From Candidatus Velthaea sp. (GTDB lineage Bacteria; Vulcanimicrobiota; Vulcanimicrobiia; Vulcanimicrobiales; Vulcanimicrobiaceae), in NCBI GenBank assembly GCA_965214935.1, contig CBDCCS010000022.1, positions 288,001-352,000 on the forward strand: 64,000 bases of DNA, written 5' to 3'. The translations under genes and the position numbers were made by a program. The notes under the pieces were generated by a model. It searched no databases. It worked only from the letters and a program-made list of their open reading frames with translations, and had not been told where the DNA came from. Positions 40,619 to 50,549 of the stretch are shown in pieces (the stretch's first letter is position 1; every line of letters starts with the position of its first letter).

Positions 40619-41593
40619 ATGCTCAAGCGCAAAATCTTTGTCACCGCGGTCGCCGCTACCGTCGCGCTGGCCGGTTCATCGGTACCGCGCGCGATCCCGC
40701 ACGCTGCGGCTGCCGGTCCGTACAAAATCGTCCTGATTGCCGGCATTGCGTCCGATGCGTTTTACATAACAATGAACCACGGCGCTCAGGCCGAAGCGCA
40801 AAAACAGGGTGCGACCGTCCAATTCAGCGGCTCCCCGGCGGCGTTCAGCCCCTCAACGCAGTTGCCGTATCTCAATGCGGCGTTGGCGCAAAAACCCGAT
40901 CTCATTCTCATCGCACCGACCGACAAAGTCGCCTTGCAAGCGCCGATCGCTCGCGCCGTAGCGGCACACATCCCGGTCATTCTCGTCGACACCACGCTCG
41001 GCGATCCGTCGATCGCAATCACCACCATCTCATCCGACAATGTGGCGGGCGGACAGAAAGTCGCCGACGCGTTAGCCGGCGCCACCGGTAAAAAGGGCGA
41101 TGTTGCGGTCGTGAGCGTGTCGCCCGGCGTAAGCACCACCGACGAGCGGGTCGAAGGCTTCAACAAGCAACTAGCAACGTATACCGCGATGAAAAGTCTC
41201 GGGGTGACGTTCACGGGCGATAATCCGACGCGCGCCAACACGGTCACCAAAGGTTTGGTAGCGGCGCATAAGGACTTAGCGGGCGTGTTCGCAACCAACG
41301 TCGTCACCGGCGGCGGCGTAACGTCGGCCGCCCGCGAACTCGGCCTTTCGGGCAAACTCAAACTCGTTGAGTTCGATGCCGAACCGGCCCAAGTCGAAGC
41401 GGTGAAAGCCGGCACGATCTCGGCGCTCGTCGCGCAAGATCCGTATCACATCGGTGAACTCGCCGTGCGTTACGGCGTGCAGTATCTCAAAGGCAAACAC
41501 GACTTTAAGAAACATTACGGAACCGGCGAAGCCATCATCACCAAAGATAACGTCGACAGCCCTGCGGTGAAAGACTACCTCTACTCAAAATAG
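40619..41593 (+). CDS. Sugar ABC transporter substrate-binding protein (RbsB-like)
   Basis: Signal peptide; SSDNVAGG, STTDERVEGF, FD, AQDPYHIG. Confidence 0.92.
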   Translation: MLKRKIFVTAVAATVALAGSSVPRAIPHAAAAGPYKIVLIAGIASDAFYITMNHGAQAEAQKQGATVQFSGSPAAFSPSTQLPYLNAALAQKPDLILIAPTDKVALQAPIARAVAAHIPVILVDTTLGDPSIAITTISSDNVAGGQKVADALAGATGKKGDVAVVSVSPGVSTTDERVEGFNKQLATYTAMKSLGVTFTGDNPTRANTVTKGLVAAHKDLAGVFATNVVTGGGVTSAARELGLSGKLKLVEFDAEPAQVEAVKAGTISALVAQDPYHIGELAVRYGVQYLKGKHDFKKHYGTGEAIITKDNVDSPAVKDYLYSK

Positions 41594-41654
41594 CCCGATC
41601 CGGCTCCGGTCAGCGTTGCAGTAGCGGACCGTTCGCTTCGACGATATCGACAAG

Positions 41655-41858
41655 TTGCGCATACCGATACGCCTCGCGTCCGACCGGGTCGGCCGAGGCG
41701 TTCGCGGCGTGTGGCGCGTTGACGGGATAAGTAATGATCCGATCCTCTTGGACCGAGGCAATCCAGCGTGCGATGCGTTCGTGGCCCTTGAGTACGAGGA
41801 GCGCTTCACGGTTGGCGAAGTGCAGTGCGGTCTGGCGCATAAATCCGGCTTTCCTTAA
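41655..41858 (+). CDS. Possible small hypothetical protein
   Basis: 67-aa ORF filling an intergenic gap; no recognisable motif. Confidence 0.3.
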   Translation: MRIPIRLASDRVGRGVRGVWRVDGISNDPILLDRGNPACDAFVALEYEERFTVGEVQCGLAHKSGFP

Positions 41859-42011
41859 GATCGGGGCCGCCGATGCGGTCCACATCACGACCATACGCTC
41901 TTCGGCAGCAAAATGGGGGAAAGCCGCGCTAAGAAACGATAGCTTGGCTTGGTATGGAAAGCGGCCCGCCAAGCCCTCGAGTCTTACATCGTTCCTTCCG
42001 ATAGTTGTTAG

Positions 42012-42218
42012 GTGAAGATCGAGGCAAAGACGGATTCGGTGGTGCTCCGATGTTCGGGTGGGACGCGAGTCGGCGCGCCATGCCGCGGTCACGCGCGTTA
42101 CCGCTGCTCGTGCGGCGGCCGCTGGTGCGGCACCCATGTCGTTCGCGCCGGTTCCGAATTGCGCTGTCCGTCATGTGGGTTGATCCCGGAAGTCGCAACG
42201 AGTCCCGGTTTAGGCTGA
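42012..42218 (+). CDS. Small Cys/His-rich putative zinc-finger protein
   Basis: C-x9-C-x7-CSC-x4-CGTH...CPSCG in 68 aa. Confidence 0.6.
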   Translation: MKIEAKTDSVVLRCSGGTRVGAPCRGHARYRCSCGGRWCGTHVVRAGSELRCPSCGLIPEVATSPGLG

Positions 42219-42485
42219 ACCCGGCGCCGCGAGCGCTTCAAGTTCCGCTGAACCGGGCGCCATCAGTGGATCTTCCAGCGTTGCGGCGAGCGTTGCGCCG
42301 TCAGGCAATGGTAAATCTTCGTCGAGCGGCCGCTGCAAAGCGAGCGTCAGCGCGCCATCCAAGCCGCTGCTGAGTCCGCGAATCTCCCAGCCTTGGGCGC
42401 CCATGAGCGCCAGCGTCGGATCGATTCCGCCGGGCACATGATCCGGCTCGATACGATAGAAAGTAAACTCGAACCGGCTGCGCAT
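42210..42485 (-). CDS. Hypothetical protein (DUF4177-like)
   Basis: FEF...TLALMGAQGWEI...LQRP resembles the DUF4177 LNxxGxxGWEL pattern. Confidence 0.6.
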   Translation of the reverse strand: MRSRFEFTFYRIEPDHVPGGIDPTLALMGAQGWEIRGLSSGLDGALTLALQRPLDEDLPLPDGATLAATLEDPLMAPGSAELEALAAPGSA

Positions 42486-42587
42486 TGCTAGCCTCTACCC
42501 TAACCGGTGCGGAATGCTACCGTGCACAGCTCGGCCTTTGCAGCTATCGGTGCGAGCGGTGCAAAGGCTGCCCGAGCGTAAAACGGC

Positions 42588-43742
42588 GTGATGACTAGCG
42601 CGACGACCACGCCCGCCCGCTTTCGCGAACGATTCGGCGGTTTAGAGCAAAACACGTGGCTGGTCAGTCACTCGATGGGCGCTGCACCCCTCGCGGCGCA
42701 ACCGGCACTGACCGAATACTGGACGCGTTGGGCGCAAGACGGGCCTGAGGCTTGGCGACACTGGCTCGGGGAAGCGCGCGCGATCGCCGACGGCATCGGC
42801 GCGTTGATCGGCGCACCGGCCGCGAGCGTTTCGCTCGTTCCGAACGTCTCTCTCTCCCAAGCGGCGATTGCATCCTCGCTAAATTTTCCGCCTGAACGCA
42901 ATGAAGTCGTGCTCGAAGCACTGCAATTTCCCACTTTGTCCTACGTCTGGAAAGCCTGGGAGCGCTACGGCGCGGTCGTGCGGTACGTGCCGACCGACGA
43001 CGGCATGACCATTCCGACGCAGCGAATCGTTGAGGCAATCGGTCCGCGCACGGCTGTCGTCGTGCTGTCGCACGCGTACTATCAGTCGGGCGCGCTCGTC
43101 GATGTGCCGCCGATCATTGCGCGCGCGCACGCAATGGGCGCATTGGTCATTCTCGATACGTATCAGACAACGGGCGTGGTGCCGTACGACGTCCTTCGAC
43201 TCGACGTCGACTTCGCCGTCGGCGGCTCGCACAAATGGCTCTGCGGCGGGCCCGGCTGCGGGTTTCTCTACGCCCGTCCGCGCGCGGCCGGCCGGCTCGA
43301 ACCGGCCGTGACCGGATGGTTCGGTCACGCCGATCCATTCGGGTTTGCACCGGCTCCGATGCGCTACGATGCCGGCGCGATGCGTTGGGCGACCGGCACG
43401 CCGACCGTACCCGGCTACCTTGTCGCGCGAGCCGGTCACGAGGTCATCGCTCGAGCGGGCATCGAGAACATTCGCGCCCACAACGTCCGCCTGACGGTAA
43501 AGATCGTCGAGGCCGCTCTCGAACGCGATTTGACCGTTCGGACACCGCTCGATCCGCCTGCGCGAACCGGTTGGATCGGCGTCGATGTACCCGACGGTGC
43601 ACGACTGGTCGACGAACTCCACGCACGCCGCGTGTTCGTCGATTACCGGCCGGGTTGCGGCATTCGCCTTTCGCCGCATCTGTATACGACGGACGCGGAG
43701 GTCGAGCACTTTTTCGCCGAACTCGACGCATTACGCCGCTAG
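42588..43742 (+). CDS. Class V PLP enzyme, kynureninase-like
   Basis: SHSMG, FPT..Y, DTYQ..G, GGSHKWLCGGPG, TGWFGH, GTP, VDYR. Confidence 0.85.
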   Translation: MMTSATTTPARFRERFGGLEQNTWLVSHSMGAAPLAAQPALTEYWTRWAQDGPEAWRHWLGEARAIADGIGALIGAPAASVSLVPNVSLSQAAIASSLNFPPERNEVVLEALQFPTLSYVWKAWERYGAVVRYVPTDDGMTIPTQRIVEAIGPRTAVVVLSHAYYQSGALVDVPPIIARAHAMGALVILDTYQTTGVVPYDVLRLDVDFAVGGSHKWLCGGPGCGFLYARPRAAGRLEPAVTGWFGHADPFGFAPAPMRYDAGAMRWATGTPTVPGYLVARAGHEVIARAGIENIRAHNVRLTVKIVEAALERDLTVRTPLDPPARTGWIGVDVPDGARLVDELHARRVFVDYRPGCGIRLSPHLYTTDAEVEHFFAELDALRR

Positions 43743-43750
43743 GCGCCGGC

Positions 43751-45013
43751 GTGCCGCAAGCCGGCCGGCAGCATACCTGGAACGTCCTTGCGCTGCTGGT
43801 TGCCTGTCAGACGATCGCCTACATCGACCGGGTAAATTTGTCGGTTGCAGCACCGGTGCTCGTTGCGACCTATCATTACACGACCGCGCGTGTCGGCGTG
43901 CTCTTTTCAATCTTCAATTGGGTGTTTACCATCGCGATTTTGTTTGCCGGACCGTTCGTCGATCGCGTCCGGCCGCGCATCGCTTATGGGTTCGGCGCTT
44001 CGCTGTGGTCGGCCGGTACGCTCCTCTGCGGACTGACGACGGCCTTTGGGGCACTCGCCGTCTTTCGCGGGCTCGTCGGCATTGGCGAAGGACCGATGAT
44101 CCCGGCAGGACAGCGCGTCATTCGCGAGACGTTTTCGCCGGCACAACGGACGCGGGCGGTCGGCGCGTTTTTCGCCGGTAACAAAATTGGTCTCGCCGTC
44201 GGCATTCCGCTATCTGCCGTAACGCTGCACGCGCTGGGTCTGCCCTGGCTCTTTTATCTAACCGGTTCCCTCGGCTTTGCGTGGCTCGCGCTTTTTCTCG
44301 CCGTGTATCGGACCGCCCAACGCAGTGCGGCTGACTCGCGTATCGACTGGGTGCGGCTCCTGCGCTACCGCGCAACATGGGGCATGATGCTCGCGAACGC
44401 CGGCTATCTCTACATGTACTATGTGTTTGCTACCTGGCTGCCGGGCTATCTGGTCATTGAACGGCACTTGTCGATCCTCAATAGCGGCTTTGTCGGAATG
44501 CTGCCGTTCGTTGTCGGCTTTTTCGTTACGCTCGCCGGAGGCTGGCTTGGCGACTACCTGCTCGCCCGCGGAATCCGCCGCACGATCGTCCGCAGAAGCA
44601 TCGCGATCGGCGGTTTGCTAGCGGCGACCGTCATGACGATTCTCGGCGCGTTTGCGACCGGGACGTGGGCCGCCGTTACCTTTCTCACGCTGTCGGTGGC
44701 CGCGTTTAGTTTTGCAACTGCCGCGCTGCAAGCAATTCCGGTCGACGTCGCACCAGCCGAACTCGTTTCATCGCTCGCAGCATTGCACAATTTCGGCGGC
44801 AATCTGGCCGCCTCGTTTGCGCCGTTCGTCACCGGATTGTTGATTTCGCGCAGCGGTAGTTTTCTCGTCCCGCTTCTGGTAACGGCGGCCGTGGCACTCG
44901 TGTTGGGCGTTTTGCCGCTGGTGTTCGTTATCGGCAACATCGACGGTGAACTCGGCAGCACCGCAGGCGGAACGTCCGGCATCCGGCCGGTGCGGCCACG
45001 GGGCAACTCATAA
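43751..45013 (+). CDS. MFS transporter (ACS-like)
   Basis: IAYIDRVNLSVA, RGLVGIGEG, TWLPGYL; about 12 TM segments; start GTG 43751. Confidence 0.9.
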   Translation: MPQAGRQHTWNVLALLVACQTIAYIDRVNLSVAAPVLVATYHYTTARVGVLFSIFNWVFTIAILFAGPFVDRVRPRIAYGFGASLWSAGTLLCGLTTAFGALAVFRGLVGIGEGPMIPAGQRVIRETFSPAQRTRAVGAFFAGNKIGLAVGIPLSAVTLHALGLPWLFYLTGSLGFAWLALFLAVYRTAQRSAADSRIDWVRLLRYRATWGMMLANAGYLYMYYVFATWLPGYLVIERHLSILNSGFVGMLPFVVGFFVTLAGGWLGDYLLARGIRRTIVRRSIAIGGLLAATVMTILGAFATGTWAAVTFLTLSVAAFSFATAALQAIPVDVAPAELVSSLAALHNFGGNLAASFAPFVTGLLISRSGSFLVPLLVTAAVALVLGVLPLVFVIGNIDGELGSTAGGTSGIRPVRPRGNS

Positions 45014-45763
45014 CAACAATTCACGCATTTCGGCATGCACGAGTCCGTTGGTCGCAAGCACCGAGCCGCGTGCAATATCGAGTTCTGACCCGCCGATCGC
45101 GCTTATCGTGCCGCCGGCGGCACTCACGATAACGGCGCCCGCGGCGATGTCCCACGGCTTGAGATCCCACTCCCAAAATGCCTCGAACCGCCCGCCCGCG
45201 ACAAAGGCTAAATCGAGAGCGGCGGAACCGTCGCGCCGCACGGCTTGCGCGGTGGTCGAAAGCGTAGCGAAATTCTTTCCGTTGCGCTCGTATCCGCTCG
45301 GCACGAAGCCGGTACACACGAGACCGTCGACAACCGCAGCGATCGGTGAAACGCGAATCGTCTTGCCGTTGAGCGTTGCGCTCGCGCCGCGCCGCGCCGC
45401 GTAGAGTTCATCGAGGACCGGTGCGTAAATTGCGCCGGCTTCGAGCAGGCCGTCACGTTCGTATGCAATCGAGACACAAAACAGCGGATAGCGGTGCGCG
45501 TAATTCGTCGTTCCGTCGAGTGGATCGACGATGAAGCGCTCGTTGCCGGAGCCGGCGTAAACGCCGCCTTCTTCACCGAGTATCGCGGCACTCGGAAACG
45601 TAGCTGCGATCCGCGCGACGATAAGCGCTTCCGACGCGCGATCGGCGTCGGTTACCAGGTCCGCCTTGTGCTTCAGACTGATCTCTCGCGGACGGTCGAG
45701 TCGTTCTGCGAGCAGCGCTCCGGCCTCCCGAGCAACGGAGGTAATGAAATCGAGCGGGTCCAC
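45008..45763 (-). CDS. suhB: Inositol monophosphatase family protein
   Basis: DLVTDAD, GEE, IVDPLDGTTNY, RRDGSAALDL, WDIAAG. Confidence 0.92.
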   Translation of the reverse strand: MDPLDFITSVAREAGALLAERLDRPREISLKHKADLVTDADRASEALIVARIAATFPSAAILGEEGGVYAGSGNERFIVDPLDGTTNYAHRYPLFCVSIAYERDGLLEAGAIYAPVLDELYAARRGASATLNGKTIRVSPIAAVVDGLVCTGFVPSGYERNGKNFATLSTTAQAVRRDGSAALDLAFVAGGRFEAFWEWDLKPWDIAAGAVIVSAAGGTISAIGGSELDIARGSVLATNGLVHAEMRELLL

Positions 45764-45791
45764 GGCTCTCCTCGAACGTAACGACGGGGTG

Positions 45792-46265
45792 ATGTGGACA
45801 GGTAATCGCTCCCGTGCCGATCGCATCCTCGCGGCAATCGAGATCCCGGCCCTCGGGCTGTGGCTCGGTGCGCTCTGCGGTTTTGCGTTTATCTTCGCAC
45901 CGATCGCCTTTCGCATCGTTGCGCCGCTGGATGTCGGCCGCTTTGCGGCATTGACGTCGGCGATCTTGACGTCGCTTTCGGTGCTAGGTTACGTCTGTGG
46001 CGGGATAGCAATAGTCATGGCGCTCTGGCGCTCGCGCGACGCCGGCGACCGCATCTTTGATTTCACCCGCGCGCTATTGATCGCCGCGGCCTTAGCGCTT
46101 GTCTGGTTTGAATCGCGCGCGATCGTACCGGCGATGGCTGCGGTAAGCGATCTTGGTTCTGCGCAATATCATGCCTTGCACAGCCGCTCGTCGATCGTTT
46201 ACGGCGGCGTCGTTATACTCGGACTCATCGCGATCGTCATGGCCGCCGCACGCCGGGAAGGCTAG
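45792..46265 (+). CDS. DUF4149 membrane protein
   Basis: LWLG...FIFAPIAF; four TM segments; YHALHSRS. Confidence 0.7.
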   Translation: MWTGNRSRADRILAAIEIPALGLWLGALCGFAFIFAPIAFRIVAPLDVGRFAALTSAILTSLSVLGYVCGGIAIVMALWRSRDAGDRIFDFTRALLIAAALALVWFESRAIVPAMAAVSDLGSAQYHALHSRSSIVYGGVVILGLIAIVMAAARREG

Positions 46266-46270
46266 ATTCG

Positions 46271-47599
46271 ATGCCGCCGGCGGTCGCGGCGTCCGAACGA
46301 TCGGCGTTTCGCGAAGGCTTCCTCTCGGATTTCATCGGCATGCGCGTGAGTGCACGCACGGAAGGCGCGAACGTCGCCGCCGGAACCGTCGTCGATTTCC
46401 TCGTTAGCCGCCCCGAAGACATGTTTCCGCGGATCGATGCGGTCAAGATCAAGACCGGTGCGGGTCTGCGTATCGTGCCGATCAACGAAGTAACGATCAG
46501 CCGCACCGGGCCGCTGTTCATCGATCGGCCCGCGACGATCGCATCACCCGCCGACGATGCGGCACTCTATTTAGTAGAAGATCTGCTCGATAAGCAAATC
46601 GTCGACGTCGACGGTCGCAAAGTCGTGCGCATCAACGACCTCGAACTTGCCATGACGGCCGGCTCCCTGCGCGTCGTCGCAGCCGAAGTCGGCGTTGCCG
46701 GACTCTTACGGCGTTTGGGCATCGGTCATCTCGCGCGAGCCTGGGTCGATCGGGTTCCGCGTACGCTCATCGCCTGGAATAACGTCGCACCGATACACGA
46801 TCTGAATCCAAGTGAAATCCGGCTCTCGATCAGCGAAGGCCGCCTGTCGCGCTTGCACCCCTCGGACCTTGCCGAAATTATCGGCGAACTTTCGGCCCAA
46901 GACGCCGCCCGTGTCGTCGGTTCGCTCGACGACGAAGACGCCGCCGACGCGCTCGAACACATGGACGCCGAGCAGCAGCGAACGATCATCGAGGATCTCG
47001 GCACCGAACGCGCCGCCGACATCATCGAAGAGATGGAGTCCGACGACGCGGCCGATCTGCTCGGCGATCTTCCGCAGGACCGGCAGGCCGAATTGCTTGC
47101 CGAAATGGATGCGCAAACCGCCGAAGATCTGCGCGAACTCGTCCGTTATGGCGAGCACACGGCGGGCGGTTTGATGACCACCGATTACGTCTGGATTTAT
47201 CCGCACCGTACGGTAGCGGCGACGATCGAAAAACTGCGCGAGTTCGCCCAAGAAATCGAGTTCGTCTATTATTTGTATGTGATCGATCCGTCCGACAATC
47301 TCTTAGGTTTGCTTAGTCTTCGAACGCTGCTGCTTGCCGATCCGGCATCGACGATCGCCGACGTCATGATGACCGACGTGGTTAGTGTCGAGCCGGAGAC
47401 CAGCGCGCAAGATGTCGCCGCCATCATCGCACGCTACGACCTGCTGGCGTGTCCGGTGCTCGATGAAGCCGGGATCATGCAAGGTATCGTCACGGTCGAT
47501 GATGCGATCGATACGATCTTGCCCGATCGGCTCAAACGCACGCTACCGCGCTTTACCAAACGCCACGCGGCGGCGCAGCACACCGCGAGCCGCGACTAA
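46271..47599 (+). CDS. MgtE N-terminal/CBS-domain protein (no transmembrane domain)
   Basis: LLDKQIVDVDGRKVVRIND, LHPSDLAEI, DDAADLL, TAGGLMTT, CBS pair. Confidence 0.88.
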   Translation: MPPAVAASERSAFREGFLSDFIGMRVSARTEGANVAAGTVVDFLVSRPEDMFPRIDAVKIKTGAGLRIVPINEVTISRTGPLFIDRPATIASPADDAALYLVEDLLDKQIVDVDGRKVVRINDLELAMTAGSLRVVAAEVGVAGLLRRLGIGHLARAWVDRVPRTLIAWNNVAPIHDLNPSEIRLSISEGRLSRLHPSDLAEIIGELSAQDAARVVGSLDDEDAADALEHMDAEQQRTIIEDLGTERAADIIEEMESDDAADLLGDLPQDRQAELLAEMDAQTAEDLRELVRYGEHTAGGLMTTDYVWIYPHRTVAATIEKLREFAQEIEFVYYLYVIDPSDNLLGLLSLRTLLLADPASTIADVMMTDVVSVEPETSAQDVAAIIARYDLLACPVLDEAGIMQGIVTVDDAIDTILPDRLKRTLPRFTKRHAAAQHTASRD

Positions 47600-47605
47600 C
47601 TCGGC

Positions 47606-48922
47606 ATGGAACCGGCGAACGCGCCGCAGCGGCGGCCCAGCCGCTGGCGCACCGTCTTGATGTTCTTCTCCGTCATCGGTCCGGGGATCATCACGGCAAA
47701 TGCCGACAACGATGTCGGCGGCATACAGACGTACTCGCTCGCCGGCGCGCAATTCGGCTACTCGATGTTGTGGCTGCTCATCCCGGTCACACTGGCGCTC
47801 ATCGTCACCCAAGAGATGTGCGCGCGCATGGGTGCCATTACGGGTAAGGGCCTTGCCGATCTGATCCGCGAGAACTTCGGCGTGCGGGTGACGTTCTTCG
47901 TTCTACTGCTTTTCGTGCTGGGCGATCTCGGCAACACGGCAGCCGAATTTGCCGGCGTCGCGTATGCATCGCCGGTATTCGCCACCTATCTTCCGTTCCT
48001 CAATAAGTACGTGCTGGTCATCGGCGCAGCCGTGCTCGTCTTTACGATGGTGACGCGCGGTAACTACAAAGTCGTCGAGAAAGTCTTCTTCGCTTTTTGC
48101 GTCGTGTATTTGGCGTATGTCGTGAGCGGCTTCCTCGTGCACCCGCCCTGGCATGAAGTTCTCGCACAAACGTTCGTTCCGCACTTCGTTCCGACGCAGG
48201 CCTATCTGCTCACCGCGATCGGCGTCATCGGCACCACCATCTCGCCGTGGATGCAATTCTACATTCAATCATCGGTCGTGGAAAAAGGCATACGGGTCAA
48301 AGACTACGCGTTCTCGCGCATCGATGTGATCAGCGGTGCCATCATCACCGATATCATTGCTTACTTCATCATCGTTGCGTGCGCGGCAACGATTTTCGTT
48401 GCGAACGCTCATCTTGCGCCCGGTGCAACGCGGCTCGACGTGCAGAATCCGGGCGACATTGCAACCGCCTTGGTGCCGCTCGCCGGTAAATATGCATCGC
48501 TTCTCTTTGCGCTCGGATTGCTCAATGCGGCAATCTTCACCGCCTCGATTCTCCCCTTGTCGACAGCCTACTATGTGTGCGAGGCGTTCGGCTTCGAATC
48601 GGGCGTGCGGCGGCGGTTTCGTGAAGCACCGGTCTTCTATTCATTGTATCTCGCGCTCATCGTGATCGGCGGCGGTTTCGTTCTGATCCCCAACGCACCA
48701 CTCGTTGCAATCATCTTTTATTCGCAGGTCCTCAACGGCGTGCTGCTGCCGGTCGTGCTCGTGCTGATGCTGCTGCTCATCAACCGGCCGCGTCTAATGG
48801 GCACATACGTCAACAACTTTGCATTCAATGCAATCGCTTGGGCGACGGTCGTTATCGTCGGATTGTTGACGATTGTTTCGACGGTTCAGACGATGCTGTC
48901 GGGCAACGGCGCCGGCAGTTGA
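47606..48922 (+). CDS. Nramp-family divalent metal (probably Mg2+) transporter
   Basis: GPGIITANADNDVGG, GTTISPWMQF; adjacent to the MgtE-N/CBS gene. Confidence 0.9.
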   Translation: MEPANAPQRRPSRWRTVLMFFSVIGPGIITANADNDVGGIQTYSLAGAQFGYSMLWLLIPVTLALIVTQEMCARMGAITGKGLADLIRENFGVRVTFFVLLLFVLGDLGNTAAEFAGVAYASPVFATYLPFLNKYVLVIGAAVLVFTMVTRGNYKVVEKVFFAFCVVYLAYVVSGFLVHPPWHEVLAQTFVPHFVPTQAYLLTAIGVIGTTISPWMQFYIQSSVVEKGIRVKDYAFSRIDVISGAIITDIIAYFIIVACAATIFVANAHLAPGATRLDVQNPGDIATALVPLAGKYASLLFALGLLNAAIFTASILPLSTAYYVCEAFGFESGVRRRFREAPVFYSLYLALIVIGGGFVLIPNAPLVAIIFYSQVLNGVLLPVVLVLMLLLINRPRLMGTYVNNFAFNAIAWATVVIVGLLTIVSTVQTMLSGNGAGS

Positions 48923-49007
48923 ACCCGCATCGCGCACGCCAGACTGACTTTTAGCCCGTTCCAACGACCCGATGGATTCTCGCCGGCGTGGTCCAATTGA
49001 CGTACGT

Positions 49008-49337
49008 TTAGGAGGCTTTCACGGCCCATTGACCGATTGCAAAGGCGATTAAGACAAATACGCTCGAACCGATCGTGATTGCGAGCGCCACATTTTCCCG
49101 GCCGGCGCGGCGACCGATTCCATTTGCCGCCATATAACCGAACCAGCCCAACAACGCAAAAATGTAATGCAGCGTCGGCGCCTTGAGATGCGTGGAAAGC
49201 ACCCAACCGCCGACGAGAATGTGGACGGTAAGTAAATACAACATCACGCGACGGCCCCACGGCCACCAGATCAAAAGGACAGCACTTGCCGCGATGAGGA
49301 AAGCGAGACCGTAATGCACGAGGAGAGCGTTGTTCAT
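49008..49337 (-). CDS. Small membrane protein
   Basis: 109 aa from ATG 49337, four hydrophobic segments. Confidence 0.6.
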   Translation of the reverse strand: MNNALLVHYGLAFLIAASAVLLIWWPWGRRVMLYLLTVHILVGGWVLSTHLKAPTLHYIFALLGWFGYMAANGIGRRAGRENVALAITIGSSVFVLIAFAIGQWAVKAS

Positions 49338-50549
49338 GCGCGGCGCGTTCGCCGCGACGGCACGGATGCATTGCTCGCATTTGCCGAAGCACTCGCGCGC
49401 ATTGCCGCGGGCGGCGGCGGTTCGCAAGCACTCGCTGCACATCTCGCGTCGGTTCTCGATGCCGCGGTGCTTGTCGAAGATGCCGAATGGCGTCATCTTG
49501 CATTAGCCGGCACCGGCGACCGTTCTGTTCCACCGTCCGTGCGCGAACTGCTGCCGCGCGATCTGAGCGATGCAAGTGACGGCCTCAACCTCGCCGCGCC
49601 GGCCGATCAGCGTTCGCGCGCCTTTCCGATCCGCGCCGGTGAAGCGCGGCTGGGCTGGCTTTCGATCTTTCCGGCAGCGGGCAATCTCGATGGTAAACAT
49701 GGCGTCATCCGGTTAACCGCGGCGTCCATTGCCGTTGAACTATCGCGCGACAACGGCGGCAGTAAAGGCCGCCGGCGCTCGTTTTGGGACCGCTTGCTGG
49801 CGCGCGCCTACGACGACCCGATCGAAGCTCGCGAGGACGCAACGGCCCGCGGCATCGCACTAGCACCCGGCTATGTTGCCGTAGCGATCGAAGGTGAAGG
49901 GCTCGACGAAGTCAGCGCGCTGCAAAAGAACGCCGAGATTCGGCGCGTGTGCCTCGATACGCTCGGCACGCGAACCGGCGACGTGGTCGTCATCGAACGT
50001 GGGGGCGGCTTCCTCTTCTTGGTTCCGGCTCCGCATGAAGTCGATGCGCAAAACGCGCGGACGGCCGCGACGCTCATTCCGCGCGGCATCACGCGCGCGG
50101 GCATCGATGTGAAAGTCGTCGGCGGCGTCGGCTTACATGCCGAGATGCTCAAAGTCGCGCAGAGCGTTGACGAAGCGCGCGAAGCACTCACGATTGCACG
50201 CCGCATGTTCGGCGGTGCACGCGTGATGCCGCACGACGATTTGGGCGTCTACCCGCTGCTGTATCGCGGCGGCGTACAGCGCGATGATTGGAAGACCTTT
50301 GCCGATCGCGTGCTCGAGCCATTACGCAACTACGATGAAAAGCATCAGACTGAACTCGTCCGAACGTTACGGTTGTTTTTCGACGTCGGCCAAAATATCA
50401 AAGTGGCGGCGGCGGCGCTCAACGTCCATCGGCACACGGTGTTCTACCGGTTACGTCAGATCGCCGAGATCGGCGGGCTCGATCTCGATAGCCCGCACGA
50501 CCAACTGACGCTCCGCGCGGCGATAGCAATCGATGCTCTCGGCGGTTAA
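49314..50549 (+). CDS. PucR/CdaR family transcriptional regulator (start may be TTG 49371)
   Basis: GAF-like N-terminus; LEPLRNYD..LVRTLRLFF...AAAALNVHRHTVFYRLRQI HTH. Confidence 0.9.
   Translation: MHEESVVHARRVRRDGTDALLAFAEALARIAAGGGGSQALAAHLASVLDAAVLVEDAEWRHLALAGTGDRSVPPSVRELLPRDLSDASDGLNLAAPADQRSRAFPIRAGEARLGWLSIFPAAGNLDGKHGVIRLTAASIAVELSRDNGGSKGRRRSFWDRLLARAYDDPIEAREDATARGIALAPGYVAVAIEGEGLDEVSALQKNAEIRRVCLDTLGTRTGDVVVIERGGGFLFLVPAPHEVDAQNARTAATLIPRGITRAGIDVKVVGGVGLHAEMLKVAQSVDEAREALTIARRMFGGARVMPHDDLGVYPLLYRGGVQRDDWKTFADRVLEPLRNYDEKHQTELVRTLRLFFDVGQNIKVAAAALNVHRHTVFYRLRQIAEIGGLDLDSPHDQLTLRAAIAIDALGG

Noticed and set aside
46271..48922. Split MgtE cytoplasmic domain plus Nramp as a novel system
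   Set aside because: This pairing is already known for Nramp-related magnesium transporters.
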